A stretch of DNA of 64,000 nt from the human T2T-CHM13v2.0 reference genome, Homo sapiens: assembly GCF_009914755.1 (NCBI RefSeq), contig NC_060930.1; one strand, given 5' to 3'. A program made the position numbers and the translations under genes. The notes under the pieces were generated by a model, which saw only the letters and a list, made by a program, of their open reading frames with translations, was not told the origin of the DNA and searched no databases. Numbering within the stretch: position 1 is the stretch's first letter; each line of letters opens with the position of its first letter. Below are positions 41,458 to 56,618 of this stretch, piece by piece.

Positions 41458-42747
41458 ACAACATGAAATAATACCGAGAAAAGCAGTTTTTGTCATTATT
41501 CTGGCAATTTAGAAAGGGGAAAGAGTGAGAGTGGGGAAAGGAGAAGGGGTTCAGAGTTTTCCGCTTTAGGTCTCAAAGAAATTTAATTCAGATCTGCTCT
41601 GCGCATTGTGAGCATAATGCCCTTTTCATGGGTTAATTTCAAGGACATAGGAGATTAAATTAGGTCCAAGGCATGACCAAAGGGACAGGCTCTGGGCTTC
41701 CAGGCTGTGATTGTCAGGTGGTAAATAGGCAGGCACTCCAATTCTCTTGGAATCTGTGGCATTCTTGGGATTGCTTTTTCTGTGTGATATTCCCTTAACG
41801 CTATCACTGGAATGGTAAAATGTCACTTGAACAAGAGTTCTCAAGGAGGTATTGCTGACCCTAACAATATTGATGGGAAGGATTTTTTCATTGGACCACC
41901 TCCAAATGTAGGAAAATCTCAGGTGACAGCTTCTAGCATCCAGCTGTATTGTAGATTATAAACTCAGTAGGCAATGCTGAAAGATACTATGTCTTTCACA
42001 GAATTTGGCACATCGTTACTGCTTCATACCCAATACGTTAAGGGTAGGGAGAAAGCTTTTTGTGTGGATGCAGAAAATAGCTTTAAAAATTAAAGAGGTC
42101 CTCAAGTTAAAAAGGGAGAATTGTTTCTGATAACCAAGTTTGCATTTGCTTAATCTTGGTGTTATTGGAGAAAAAGAAGGGTTTCTACACATCACACTAG
42201 GATTCTGGATGATGAAAGCATAATAGCTTGCTTTTGCTAGCTTTCATCATGTTAATGTTGTTTGGGTATTATTGAAATGGCAAGGGGCCTGGCATACATG
42301 TTATTTTCCAAACCTAAATAGACTTTCATGAAGCTATCTGGTTGTATTGGCATAACATGAAACCGATTCTTAACACCCAATGGTAAGCGAAGTAGGGTAG
42401 ACTAACAAAGAGTCAGTTTGGGTTAGAAGAACTTCCCCTTGTTCAAGTTTATTCTCTTTAGTTCAGCACTTTTTTGGATATTTAACAGACAAGGATACAA
42501 GTGAATAGACTGGCTCTTTGATGCTCCCTGATATGGCACAGCAGAGGGCCAGTGGTGGGGGGTAGTCAATCCGGCCACCACAGAAACTCATTAAGTCACA
42601 GGGGCCATGAAACTGCATGGAGTTAATGCAGTCTCCTACCATTTGTAACTAACAGGCTGGGACAAAGGCCCCTTAGCACACACAGAAACTACGCCATGTA
42701 AGGGATTATTCGCTGTATCCCAATTAACATACTACAGTGGTCTCCTC

Positions 42748-42762
42748 GCTGCCATCTAGCTG
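42748..42762 (-). promoter_or_regulatory. Candidate CTCF site
   Basis: Minus strand CAGCTAGATGGCAGC versus core CCRSYAGRKGGCRSY, one mismatch. Confidence 0.35.
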
Positions 42763-43378
42763 CAGTAGGCCTGGCCCTGTCCTGCTATAACAACATTATA
42801 GTAACCACAAGAGGCCCTGGAAACTATCAGTCATTTCTTGTGTTGAAATGCTATTAATTCCCTGGAAACTTATATTAGGTAGAGGGAGGGGTGAGCCGAA
42901 TGGAAGCCTTCATGAGGCCTCAAACAAAAAGGGCCATAGAGATACCTCCTAAGAGCCTGATCATGAATACCTGTATCAAAATTGAGGAAGAGGACTCAAG
43001 GGAACCTCATAAGATTCACTTAATAGTCTACTTTTAAGCTGGTGAATTTTAAGGCACCCAGAAAAAAGAATTAACTGTTCCTTTCTTAATATTTCCAGAA
43101 GAAAATACTACATGTAATCTCCGAAGTGCCAATTCCATGTTTCAGCCCCTAAGGATGTCTTGTGTCAAATTTACATCCTAGCTTTTTCAATCAGACTACT
43201 TCCTTTTACTATTTATTAGTTGTACATAAAGAGAACAGTCTATCATTCCACTCAACACAAATTTGAACAACATCCTAAAATTTCCTCTCAAAGGAATTAA
43301 CAAGAGTCCCTAACTTCTACACAGATTGTAGTTCATAAGGATGTTTGGAAATTTGCAACCTAGTTAGAAATAATATGT

Positions 43379-44010
43379 TACTGTTGGTGGGAATGTAAAT
43401 TAGTTCAACCATTGTGCAAGACAGTGTGGAGATTCCTCAAAGATCCGGAACCAAAACCACCATTTGACCCAGCAATCCTTTTAATGGATATATAACAAAG
43501 GAATATAAATCATTCTATTACAAAGATACATGCAAGCGTATGTTCATTGCAGCACTATTTACAATAGCAAAGACATGGAATCAACCTAAATGCCCATCAA
43601 TGATAGACCGGTTAAAGAAAATGAGGTACATATACACCATGGAATACTATGCAGCCATAAAAAAGAAAGAGATCATGTCCTTTGCAGGAACATGGACGGA
43701 GCTGGAAGCCACTATTATCAGCAAACTAACACAGCAACAGAAAACCAAACACTGAACTAAACTGAACAAAGCGGGAACTGAACAATGAGAACACATGGAT
43801 ACAGGGAGTGGAAAAACACACACTGGGGCCTGTCATGGGGTGGGGTGAAAGGAGGGAGAGCATTGGGAAAAATAGCTAATGCATGTTGGGCTTAATACCT
43901 AGGTGATGGGTTGATAGGGGCAGCAAACAACCATGGCACATGTTTACCTATGTAATAAACCTGCACAACCTGCACATCTACCCCAGAACTTAAAATTAAA
44001 ATTAAAAATA
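43379..44010 (+). mobile_element. 5'-truncated L1PA (older, approx. L1PA8-13)
   Basis: ORF2 C-terminus [23 protein letters not shown]..., then 3'UTR ending ccccagaacttaaaattaaaa. Confidence 0.92.
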
Positions 44011-44034
44011 GGAAATAGTGTTATATAATAATAA

Positions 44035-44245
44035 TTGTAATAACATTTGCTGCATGCTTACTGTGCCAAGTATTGTTCTAAGTGCTTAATGTGTATTAAT
44101 TTACTTGTTCCTCTTTAATAACCATATTAGGTAGGTATCATCATTCTCAGATTATTAAACACTGAGTCATAAGAAGATTAAATAAATTTTCCAAGGTCAC
44201 ACTGATAGCAAATAGGAGAGTCAAGAATTAAGCTGAACCTGGCTT
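44035..44245 (-). mobile_element. MIR
   Basis: catgcttactgtgccaagtattgttctaagtgctt...ttccaaggtcacactgatag. Confidence 0.75.
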
Positions 44246-45477
44246 CAGAGCGTATCCAGGTGTTCTGCCAAGTGAAAAATGAAGTTTTAAAATAAGGTCC
44301 TCAATCTCATGCAGAAGGGCCTTTCAAGTACATCATTCTCCTGATATGGAATATTCTACTAATAGAATTATAAAACTTACCATGATGTTTAGGACAATTT
44401 GTGTGTGTGTGAAAATGTTCTCATAAGATTTCCTCAGTCTTATTCCGAGTTTTTTGTTTATTTTGCTTTTGTTTTTGTTTTTGCTTTAGAACTGTGTGAG
44501 ACAAAACAGACATACAAAATTTCTTTGATAGTCCCCCTCATCTCTGTTTTGGTTGTTTTTGCTTTTGTTATGTAGGTCCTGAAGGGGAAACAGGGTTGCA
44601 TCTTGCTGAGGTTGTGGGTGCATGCGGAAATGGGATGGAGAAGTAGACTGATGTGTAGGCGCTGCTTTTCATGAGCAGGGCAGGCGGGGAGAGAAAGGAC
44701 TGGCCTGGGCACAGCAGGGAAGGCCCAATGGTAACGCTGCAGAAAAGGCAGCATGGGGAGCAGGGAAGGGTCGAGAAATAATTCATTGAGCTCACATTTC
44801 TTCCCTCTTTGCATTTCTTCATTTTATGCCACCATTAGACATGTCACATGAACTCAACCCAGAGAGAGAGAGAGATGAGGGTATGACAGAAGCTACAGGT
44901 GCAGGGCACTCCCTGTAGGCCTGGAGATAATTGTGGAAGGAACGAGTTGGGATGCAGAGAAAAGCATTGAGGACTATTTTAGTGGGGGAAGGGGACTGAC
45001 TGTATCCAGCTGAATGGGTGGTTTTACTTCAGCTTTCAGGGAGGTGGCATTTGGAAATAAGAATCCAAACCCCGCTTACCAAGAAACAGCTTTGGTAGAA
45101 CCCACAAACTTTAATGTTTCCCAAATACTATTTTACATAGAGTGCCCCCCAAAAGAGGTAGAGAACTTAAGATTAATCCAGGGTATTATTAACAAGGACT
45201 TGACAACAGGGTCTGTGTAGAAAGGTTAAAGCAAGTATAGCTAGAGAAAGACGGCTGGATGGCTTCAGAGTCCTGTTTACATTCAGGGAAATACCTTACT
45301 AAACAGGTAAGACTTATGGCATCATTCTATTCCAGAGAAAAGACAGTTTGCATAACTGTGATGGTGATTGCTTGAGAATTCTCTTCTGCCTGAGGAAAAT
45401 GAGTGTTTTCTGCTTTCTCAGCCTTGGGGAATTTATGGTGTTCCTTCCTGGCTTCGACATTGAACATTGCCAGGAAT

Positions 45478-45511
45478 AAAAAATCACAATTACTTTTGCA
45501 CCAACCTAATA
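45478..45511. mobile_element. MADE1/Hsmar1 solo TIR
   Basis: aaatcacaattacttttgcaccaacctaata. Confidence 0.8.
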
Positions 45512-46926
45512 TTTCATAGTTTCTGAGTATGTCTAGGGGCCAGGCTAGCTTTGAACTCCAAAAGGGGATGAAGCCAGAGTGTGCTGAGGAGAGAAATCAA
45601 TAGCCTTTCTCCATTGGGACTCTGAGGGACATTTTCTGTAACTCTGCAAATCAACATTAGAATTATAACAGAAAAAAGAAAAGAAACTTGTGGTGAAAAA
45701 CATGGGAGACATATATTCTGCATTGACCACCTCAACTTTCTTCGATGACTGGAAAGAACATTGCCAAAGAGGGTATTGATTAATAAAAAGAAAAATGAAA
45801 GATTTAAACTCTGTGCCAACAGTTATAGGATAAAACAAGAATCTCAATTACATAGACTTTCCTAGGATCTCAGATAGGAGGCTTCATTCATTTTATAGTT
45901 AGGTTCAAAATGTAATGGCTTAGCAGATTATTGTGTTTACATTGGCTGTAAGATCTATCATTGATTTAAGTAAATTTTTGAGTGTGACAGTGAACACATT
46001 GATTTTAAGACAAATTCTGATTCCAAGACATTAAAATATAACTTAGTATTAAGGATGTGTGATTTTATGTAAAAGCCCATGTAATATTCTTCACCATTTC
46101 AGCTCAGTACTTTTCACCACTGAAGTTTTGGTTGGGTCTGTCAAGAAAATAATTTAAAAATGTTACTTAATTTTTATATTTCTCACATAATATTTTAAAT
46201 AAAATTAGGATGCCAATGTAAAAGAATCATGGAAAAGTCTCAATCTTTGTCTTCTAGGAAATATTTTCACCCACTGAATTCCAACAAAAATTATGAGTTT
46301 GTAATTTATGTAATTTGATTTGGTCATGAGGGAATATTTTTATGGGATGCATGTTATGGAATAGAAAAAGAGCTGAGCTGGAAAGTAAATAGCCTGGATT
46401 TTAGCATGCGCTCTGCTATGCCTGTGATATTGGGAAAGTCAGATTGAAGTGCCCTGGGTATTTTCAAAGCTACAGGAGCCTCAAAATTTACCATGAGCCA
46501 TACTACATTTATTCTACTGGTTTTCACATAATAAGTAAAAACTGAACAGAGAGTGCCTTTTCAGATTACTTACAGTTATTATGGGATTATTCAATATAAA
46601 AAGAATTATCCAACATAAACTCATTTACTTTATCCAAACAAAAGCTCCCTTTTAGGTAGTGGTTAAAGGCAAGGACATGTAGATAGTAACATGCAAAAGT
46701 CCATTAGTTGCCTTGCTGTGTAGATGTGGGTGTTCTTGGTCTCTCTCCTGCCTACACCATCATGGGGGCTGAATCCTGTGAAAAGGCTTCCTTCAAAGTG
46801 AGGTGCAGAACCTTGTGCCAGGAACTTGATCTTCCAGCTGCAGGAGGATGGCGGCACATTATGTTCCTTGCAGCGGGGAGCAGCATAGTCACTAACGATG
46901 AAGCTCAGAGTTTTCATACCCTGTAG

Positions 46927-47128
46927 CAAGCTTGTCCAAACTACTTTATTTTGTTGTTATTGCTGTTCTGTTTTGTTTTATTTTAGACTTTAGCAGCCTG
47001 AAGCCATGGATTTTAGTTTCTGTCTTTAGTGATAAGCGGAAGAGAGAGATGAGGAAGGGGCTTTACTGGCCCAACCAGAGACAGAAACTAAGAACCCATG
47101 GCTGTATTCTCTCTCTTGGACATCCCTG
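46927..47128 (-). mobile_element. MER107 hAT-Charlie MITE
   Basis: TIRs caagcttgtccaa / ttggacatccctg; interior gaggaaggggctttactggcccaaccagagacagaaactaagaacccatg matches recalled MER107 consensus. Confidence 0.8.
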
Positions 47129-47645
47129 CTAGGAAAACTCCTTTTTTGTGATTGCTTCCCTTAGGGGTTTTCGGTTCACATCCTTGCTGTGATTGACTAC
47201 AGGCAAATTATCATACTATGTTGATTCCAGAGATGATTCATGTGAATTCTGCTTCAACCACTCTCATTCATATAGTGAAAAACTTAACAGATAAAACAAG
47301 TTAGTTGGTCCTAATATGTTGATGCTAAGAGGTCATTGGACTTAGGCAGCCCTTTTATATTCATGCTGTGTTTAGAACTGGGACTTAAGTCATGATTCAT
47401 ACATTCAAAAGGAAAATGAAGGTCTGTACTGGGGTTGCTCTATGATCTAAATAAATAAATTAGTATCTCTGATTTTTCTCTCTGGTCCAAATACATATCA
47501 TGAAAAATATTCCTAATATCTGCAATCCAGAAATCTGAATAGATAACAATATGTTCCTTAGCTGACTGAAGGGTACCGGAAGATTCCCTTTCATTCAGAA
47601 TATAATTGCCTGGAAGTTAAGTTTTAGAAATTCATTTTGACTAAG

Positions 47646-48320
47646 TCAAAAAACAACAGATGCTGGTGAGGCTGTGGAGAAAAGGGAACGCTGATACACT
47701 GTTGATGGGAATGTAAATTAGTTCAGCCACTGTGGAAAGCAAGAGATTTCTCAAAGAACTTAGAACTACCAATCAACCCAGCAATCCCATTACTGGGTAT
47801 ATATCCAAAAGAAAATAAATAATTCTACCAAAAAGACACATGCACTTGTATGTTCATTTCAGCATTATCACAATAGCAAAGACAGGGAATCAACCTAGGT
47901 GCCCGTCGATGGTGGATTGGATAAAGAAAATGTGGTATATATACACAATGGAATACTGTGCATCCATAAAGAGGATGAAATCATGTCCTTTGCAGCAACA
48001 TGGCTGCAGCTGGAGGTTGTTATCCTAAGTGAATTAATGCAGGAACAGAAGACCAAATACCACCTGTTCTCATTTATAAGTGGGAGCTAAACATTGGGCA
48101 CTCGTGGACATAAAGATGGCAACAATAGACATTGGAGACTAATAGCAGGGGAGAGAGGGAGGCAAGGGTTGACTAACTATTGGGTTATTGGGTATTATGC
48201 TCACTACCTAGGTAATGCAATCATTTGCATTGCAAACCTCAGCTTCACACAATACATCTATGTAACAAACCTGTACATGTACCCTTGAATCTAAAATAAA
48301 AGTGGGAATTATTTTTAAAA
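47646..48320 (+). mobile_element. 5'-truncated L1PA16/L1PB-like
   Basis: ORF2 C-terminus and 3'UTR ...gtacccttgaatctaaaataaaag; 18/20 TSD agaaattcattttgactaag / agaaattaatttcgactaag. Confidence 0.92.
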
Positions 48321-49326
48321 AGAAATTAATTTCGACTAAGGCTTAAGGGAAAGGGGACTACAAGGACATAATTACGAGGCATTAAAGTCAAACTATGTCC
48401 TCCCCATTTCTGTCTATAACTGTGCTATGTGCTAATCATGAGTAGCAGCATAAAATACAGTCTTTTAAAAAAACATATCTTTTGAATGTGAGTTGATTTA
48501 GAAAAAATCTCATAGGATTTTCCCCAAAGTTGTATCAAAATCTAAGACTGCATAAACACATGGGGAATGCTTGAAATCAAAGCTCATTTTTATCTTAATT
48601 ACTGAAAATGGGTCATTTCCAATCTGAGACGGCTGGCGACCTGGGTATGGAGTAGCAATGTAGTCCTGTTTCAATACCATTGATAATAAAACTGTTAGTA
48701 CATTTCTGTAATTTTGCTCAATTAGTTTATATTATATTCATTGGCCCAAATAAAAAAGAACATAAAAATCTGGGAAAATAAGTCCTAGGTCCCATTCTAT
48801 ATATAGGAAAAATGTCTCTTTGGCTTTAGAGAAATTATCGTTAATGAAGTCATATCGTATTGTGTGGAATGTGATAAAACACATTTTAATACTTTTCCTT
48901 TGATCTCTGCATTACTGAGGATCAGGCACTAGAATAAGTACACTGACATTAAGCAATATAGGTATTTGTAAGAAATGGATTGGGTTTGAGATTTCACATG
49001 CTAATAATATATTTTCCCATTGAATTCTCAGGTGTCCCATTCTCAGTGTGGACTGCCAAATGAAGATGTATATATTTTCTTGAAAATAATTCTATGGACT
49101 TCTCTCTCCACTTTGACACTCACATAGTCAGACATTCCTTTTTTTCCTCATTTTCATTATGAAGGCATTGGTGGATAATGCTTTTGACTTCAATGCTTTT
49201 CTGTTACACTTAAAATTAAGGTGCAAGAGCTATCAAATTTTGACCAAGAGATTCTTTATTTATTCCTACAGGTTTAAGACCTCCTTGAGCGGTCTGTGTG
49301 ACTTGAAAAACATAAAAGTGAAATGC

Positions 49327-49711
<385 letters not shown>

Positions 49712-50965
49712 TCATGCCTGCTGTATTATTAATAACAATCAATTACTAGTACCAAGGTGGCATTTTTTTTGCCATTATTTTGAATTATTACTTTAAATAG
49801 ATATAAGTAGACACTTTCATAATAAAAATAGGTTAATTTGTGTTGATTAGCAAAATTGTTTTGCAAATTCCTTAAGAAATTGACCTCTTTCTTTAGTTTT
49901 TGGGAAATCCAAAACTGTTTCCCTTTCATCCAATTTGAGAGCTTATCCAAATGGAAAATATTTTCTCCTTGGTAAGGTCATATCTACTATGAAGCCAGTA
50001 CTTTAACATGTAGAAAAAAAACACATTGTATTTAATGTTGAGCCTATTATAAAAGTCTACAGTTTTGCTGGTATTTCATCCCAGGAGGAAGAACTTAAGA
50101 TAAACAGATATGGTTTATTGCACACAAGATGAATTATGAAAAAGACTACAGTAAAATCTGGCTGTCCAAAAGGAGTGAGACTTCCAAATGCAAAAAAAGA
50201 TTTGAGCAATTAAGTTTCTGAAGTCCTACTTCTGTTCTGTAAAGTAGGTTCTAATGTCCAAGGACCCATGTACTCTTTGGTTAAACATAAAAAACTCTCC
50301 AATTTCTTGACAATTAAAATAATGTATTGTAGAAAAGCCCTTACAAAAACCTATTAGGGAGTCTGTTATGCTCATCAATAACATACACGCAGAGGCTGTG
50401 TCTAATGCCTGATAATGAACAATGGAATGAAAATAGGTTGCTTCCAAATAGCTAACATATTTTTTTTTATCCCCTTGTTCTTCATCAATTTTGCTATCAT
50501 TTAAATTTTTTAATTGTAATAAATATACATAACGTCATAAAATTTACCATTTTAACCATTTTAAGTGTACAGTTCAGTGGCATTAAGTACACTCACATTG
50601 ATGTACAAGGCCCCAATTTCTCCACATCCATACTAACACTTGTTTTCTGTTTTTAGCCATCCTAATGGATGTAAAATCATATTTAATTGTGGTTTTGATT
50701 TGCATTTCCAAAATTTCATTAGCGTTAGGTACATTCACATTGATGTGTAACTGTCACCACTATCTATGTCTAGAACTTTTTCATCATCTCAAACTGAAAT
50801 TCTGTACCCACTGAACAATGACTCCCCAGTTCCCCCTCCCCTCAGTTCCTAATAACCACTGTTCTACTTTCCGTCTCTGTGTATTTGACTATTCTGGGTA
50901 CCTCAAATAACTGAAAACATAACAATATTTATCCTTTTGTGTCTGGCTTATTTCACTTATGTAAA

Positions 50966-51099
50966 TAAGACACAAGTCTCATTTAAAAATCCAAAAAAAA
51001 AAATACAATAATAAAGGAATACTGTCTCTACTATTACAGAAGCCCATTCGTGAAGTAGGGTTATATAAAACATTTCACTTTCATGTATTTCAGGGCACA
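50966..51099 (-). repeat. Inverted local copy of 49297-49326 + 49622-49720 (empty Alu site)
   Basis: agtctcatttaaaaa...aaaggaatactgtctctact...catttcacttt is the reverse complement of the Alu flanks joined without the Alu. Confidence 0.88.
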
Positions 51100-51355
51100 T
51101 GTCTTTAAGGTTCATCCATATTGTAACATGTATTAGAATTTCATTCTCCTCAAAGGCCGAATAATATTTCATTGTAGGTATAGATCACATTTTGTTTATT
51201 CACTTATCCACTGATGGGTATTTGCGTTGTTTCCACCTTTTAGCTACTGTGAATAATGCTGCTATGAACATTGGTGCACAAATATCTACTTGAGTTCCTG
51301 CTTACTGTTCTTTTGTGTATATACCCAGAAATTGAATTGCTGTATCAAATGGTAA

Positions 51356-51652
<297 letters not shown>

Positions 51653-52864
51653 ATCAAATGGTAATTCTATGTTGAGTTTTTTCAGACCCACCATACTATT
51701 TTCCACAGAGGCTGCACCATTTTCCATTTCCACCTGCAATGTACCTGGGCTCTAATTTCTCCACATCCACACCAATGCTTGTTTTCTGTTTCTTTTTTAT
51801 AATAGCTATCCTAATGGGTATAAAGTGGTATCTCATTGTGGTTTTGATTTGCCTTTTCCTAATATTTATTGATGTTGAGCATCCTTTCATATGCTTAATG
51901 GCTATATGTGTATCTTCAGAGAAATGTCTATTTGAGTCCTTTGCTCATTTTTGAGTTGTATCATTTCTTTTGTTGTTGACTGCTGTCATTTTTTCATATT
52001 AGATCATGAGTCAATTATCAAAATAGATAATTAATTTTTTATATAGTAATAAGGCTTATTTCCCAAAGCCAGCTTCAGAGTAATGACAAATGTGTCAAGT
52101 CTAGTCCTTTTGGTCAGAAAGTGAATCATGCATCTAATTTGAAAAAAGTTCAGTGTAATTATAGGCTTTATTCTAAGTGTTGTGGAATCGTCATTAATAC
52201 TAGTTTTCATAAAACCTTACTTTTTGGCATTGAAAGGCCATAATAAAGTTCTCTAAACTCTGAAAGTCAAGGGTCTTAATACTAAGAAAAGTCCTGTGGA
52301 ATAGGTGAACATTTGATTTGATAATGGATATGGTTTGAAAGTATGTTTCAGCAATGATGTCATAGTATTCCTCTTCATTGCAGTCAAAAAAATAAGAAAA
52401 TTCACAACCGAAGTTTTTTGAATAGTGAAACATAATGAATTCTGTGCTTGAGGTAAAAAGTCAAGCGGAAGAGAGAAGGATAGATTGATAATAATTATTA
52501 TTAACATAGCATCACCAACATCAAAACCTACACATTATGTCCATATCTTTATGTAGTAATGTAAACACCTGCTACAAAAAAGAGATTTCATATTTATATA
52601 TGTGTATGCAGTTTTATGAGACGGATCATGCAAATGGATGACCACATCTAATAGTGGTATATGTATTAAAGTTATGTATGCTGTTTATTTTGTGACATTT
52701 ATCTGGTGATTGATAGGATAAACAAAAGAGTGGTGGATTAATATTAATACACATATCATTTCTATTCTGTTATAATTAAGTTCTGTTATACTCTACTAAA
52801 ATAGCTGATATTTTCCTTGTTGACATCTATTACAGTTTGAATATGAATATTCGTGTGGGCTCAG

Positions 52865-52985
52865 ACTCTCCCTATAGTATGTAAACTCTGTGAGGTCAGG
52901 GACCCTGTCTGTCCTGTTCACTTCTGAATCCGTAATTCCTGGCATGCAGCTGTTTTTCCAATATATACTTGTTGAATTAATGAGA
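52865..52985 (+). mobile_element. L2 3' end
   Basis: tatgtaaactctgtgaggtcagggaccctgtctgtcctgttcact...ttgttgaattaatga. Confidence 0.75.
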
Positions 52986-54401
52986 GAAAATAAGTCAAGG
53001 AAAGGTTGCAAAGGCAAATTCACATCACGAGGAGAACCAGGAAATTGAATCTAAATTCATATTCTTAAAAATAAAAATCTCACTTTTTGACACATGGTAA
53101 ATAACACAGCAGTCAAACAAAAGGGGTTGCTAGGTAAGATCTTGGTTTGGTTATTTGTTCTCAGTGTACTCCTTTAATTGGTTCATGCAACATTTCCTGT
53201 AGGAAAAAATATTTTTTGATGTTTCTAGATAATAACCTAAGATGTTCAAGTTTATTGGTGAAAATAGCCACATTTGAAATGCGTCAAGTTCAGTACACTT
53301 GTATTATCAAGATTTCCCTTTCCTACTTCCTAGAGTTCCATTTCATCACTCTTTAGGGTCAGACTGAGAAGAACCAACTCATATTAGTGGGCTCTTCTCA
53401 TGGGGATTCTGGCCAGCCCAGAAGAAAATACTTCTGGACCCTTCCAGGCCAATTTAGACAACTCGGGAGGTCCAGATAAACATCTTCATTTGAATTTTTG
53501 TCTCCACTGCTTCTCAAGTATGGCTTGCCTGATCTTTACTCATCTAATCCAAAATAATAATTTTGCCCTTTTAAGGACATTGCAGGGCATAATATAATAT
53601 TATCTCTGTAGTAATTTTTGGTTATTATTTAACTATAGTTTATATAACTATATAGTTATATTGAAATATTATTATTGTTTGTGACAAGGTCATTAGGCCA
53701 TTATCATGAAGTCTGAATTATAATATGTTTTAAATGAGATGGCATTGAAATAAACTCATATGATAACTGTAACAAATAGCAGAACTACTTGAATGATGTG
53801 AAATGGAAATCTTATAATTAACATGTCAATTATTTATGAGAAAATGAACATTTAAAAAATGGTTTATAATAATTCAAGGTAATTTGTCCTTTTAGACAAA
53901 ACACTTTTAATAACATTCGTTCATCACCTATTCAGTTCAGAACTAGGTACAATGTGGTTCAGTACCATACTAGGTTCAGAACTAAATACCATGTGGGGAC
54001 ACAAAAAAGAATAATGATGGATCTGTTTTCTGTATTAGTAAGAGAAGCGAGAACATACACATTCCTTTGATTGAAGGATCATGATGTGTACTAATCTGTA
54101 ATTTTACTGAAGCACCTATTTGAATGGCAGATTGATGTGTGTGGGAGCCACTTTGTTGAAGAGTTGTATACACTATACATCTTATTAAAAACTTTGGGTG
54201 AAAAATGTTCCTTTAGGTTACTTTAGGGAAAGACAATCTATGACTGTCAATGAAAATGATATTTTGGAGGAAAATATTTGTGAAACTTGGGATTTGTGAG
54301 CTTTTGTTTACGTGAGTTATGCATATCTACATTTACCATATTAAAGACTGAATCTGAACAAAATGTGTAATGTTTATGTTAATCTATTTAAGAATAAACT
54401 T

Positions 54402-54995
<594 letters not shown>

Positions 54996-56124
54996 CTCTC
55001 TACACTCAAGTGTCTACTGAGCAAGTAGCTATCATACAAAGCAGGTTGTGATGATAGCCCAAAACAACTACAAACAATAAGTAAAAGAAGAAAATAACAA
55101 TTAAATGAATATAATCTAAAATGAAACAAAACAAAAAACAACCAAAGCTATAGTAGACTGGAGGATAAAGAAATGTAAAATTTTCTACTTCTGTGTACTT
55201 TTTATTTGTAATAGGAATGATAATAAGAGGAACAATACAGGATTGTTGTGAGACTTGGATGAGGTAACAGATGTTAAGTATTTAGTACGCTGCCTGGCAT
55301 ACAGTAGGAGCTCAATTAATGTTCAGAATTACTGTTGTTATGTTCCTCCAATAAAAGTGGAGGGAGTGCACCTAGGGTAGAGAGATCAATTTGGGAAAGA
55401 AGTGAAAGGCGAGTGTGGAGGGTCTTTCAGGACAGATCAAGTGATTTGAACTTTATTGCTCATGGAATAGAAAAACCATTGAAATTTGTGGAGAGAAAGT
55501 GGCTGAATTAGATCTGAGTTCACAGTAACACTGGAATCATCTACCTGTGCCATTGCTTCCTCATTCATGTGCCCAGCTAGTTCTTTCTTTCCAGGTGGGA
55601 AGGAGAGAAACTTGAAGCCACTTTCTGTATTCCCAATCAGATGAAGTTAAAATTAGCACTGTTATTTCTGTTTGGCTTCCAGGCAGACTGCAGGCCATCA
55701 CTGGCTAACTTGTTATTGACACTTGTAGCCTCCCTTGGTGGTACCGTCATGTCTGGGTCCCCACAGACCAACTCCTGTGATTAGCTGGTTGACAAATTTA
55801 AAAACTCTTGTCCAGTGATCCAGTGGCTGGAGGGTAATTTTTAAGTGAATTGGGGTTTGACAAAGACAAGGACAAAAAGAGCTTCTGAAAAAAATTATTT
55901 GCATTCAGGATGTATAAAAAAAAAGCACCCACCCCCCAGTAGGATGAGAAGATCGTTATAGCAAAGCTTTATTGCAGTTCTTTTAGCCAGACCCCAAATA
56001 GCAATCTGCCTTGACCATAATTCCTGCATTTGTTTACTTGTGCATTGCTTTTTATTCCTTGTGGTCAGCTTTTAGCCTTTGAAACTCAGTGGTATGTGAA
56101 TAGCTTTAATATTTAGGGGCTTTT

Positions 56125-56127
<3 letters not shown>

Positions 56128-56171
<44 letters not shown>
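56128..56171. repeat. (TA)n microsatellite
   Basis: Direct reading. Confidence 0.95.
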
Positions 56172-56173
<2 letters not shown>

Positions 56174-56530
56174 TAACTTTATTTTGAAAGCCTCCCAATT
56201 GCCTAAGGATTTGCATCTTTAGTTCCTCAAAGGGCTATTGTGAAGATAAAGTTAGATAATATATGTAGAAGTGTGTTCAATTTTTATATAGGAAGAGGTA
56301 GTTTATATGTATATGTGTGTGTGTATTTCATCTTTCTCTAACAGTTTTGGACCTCAAAGAAAAGCTAATTCTACACAACAAGATTTTCAATTGGTTTAGA
56401 GGCTCAAGCTGAATCTGAATTCTATGGAACAAACTGAGAAGCCAACTTGGCTCTTTTAACATGGTGATAGGTTATAGTTGAAAGAAGTGTAGCAATGGCT
56501 ATGAACAGGAATGTTTTAATGTCTTTGCCA

Positions 56531-56567
56531 AGAAGGGAGGAAAGAAGAAAGAAAGAGAGAGAGAGAG

Positions 56568-56618
<51 letters not shown>

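Noticed and set aside
43540-48288. ORFs at 43540, 47840, 47899 and 48094
   Set aside because: L1 ORF2 and 3'UTR remnants
52200-52433. 77-aa minus ORF and possible 73-nt exon (52221-52293)
   Set aside because: Peptide not recognised, splice signals mediocre, no partner exons
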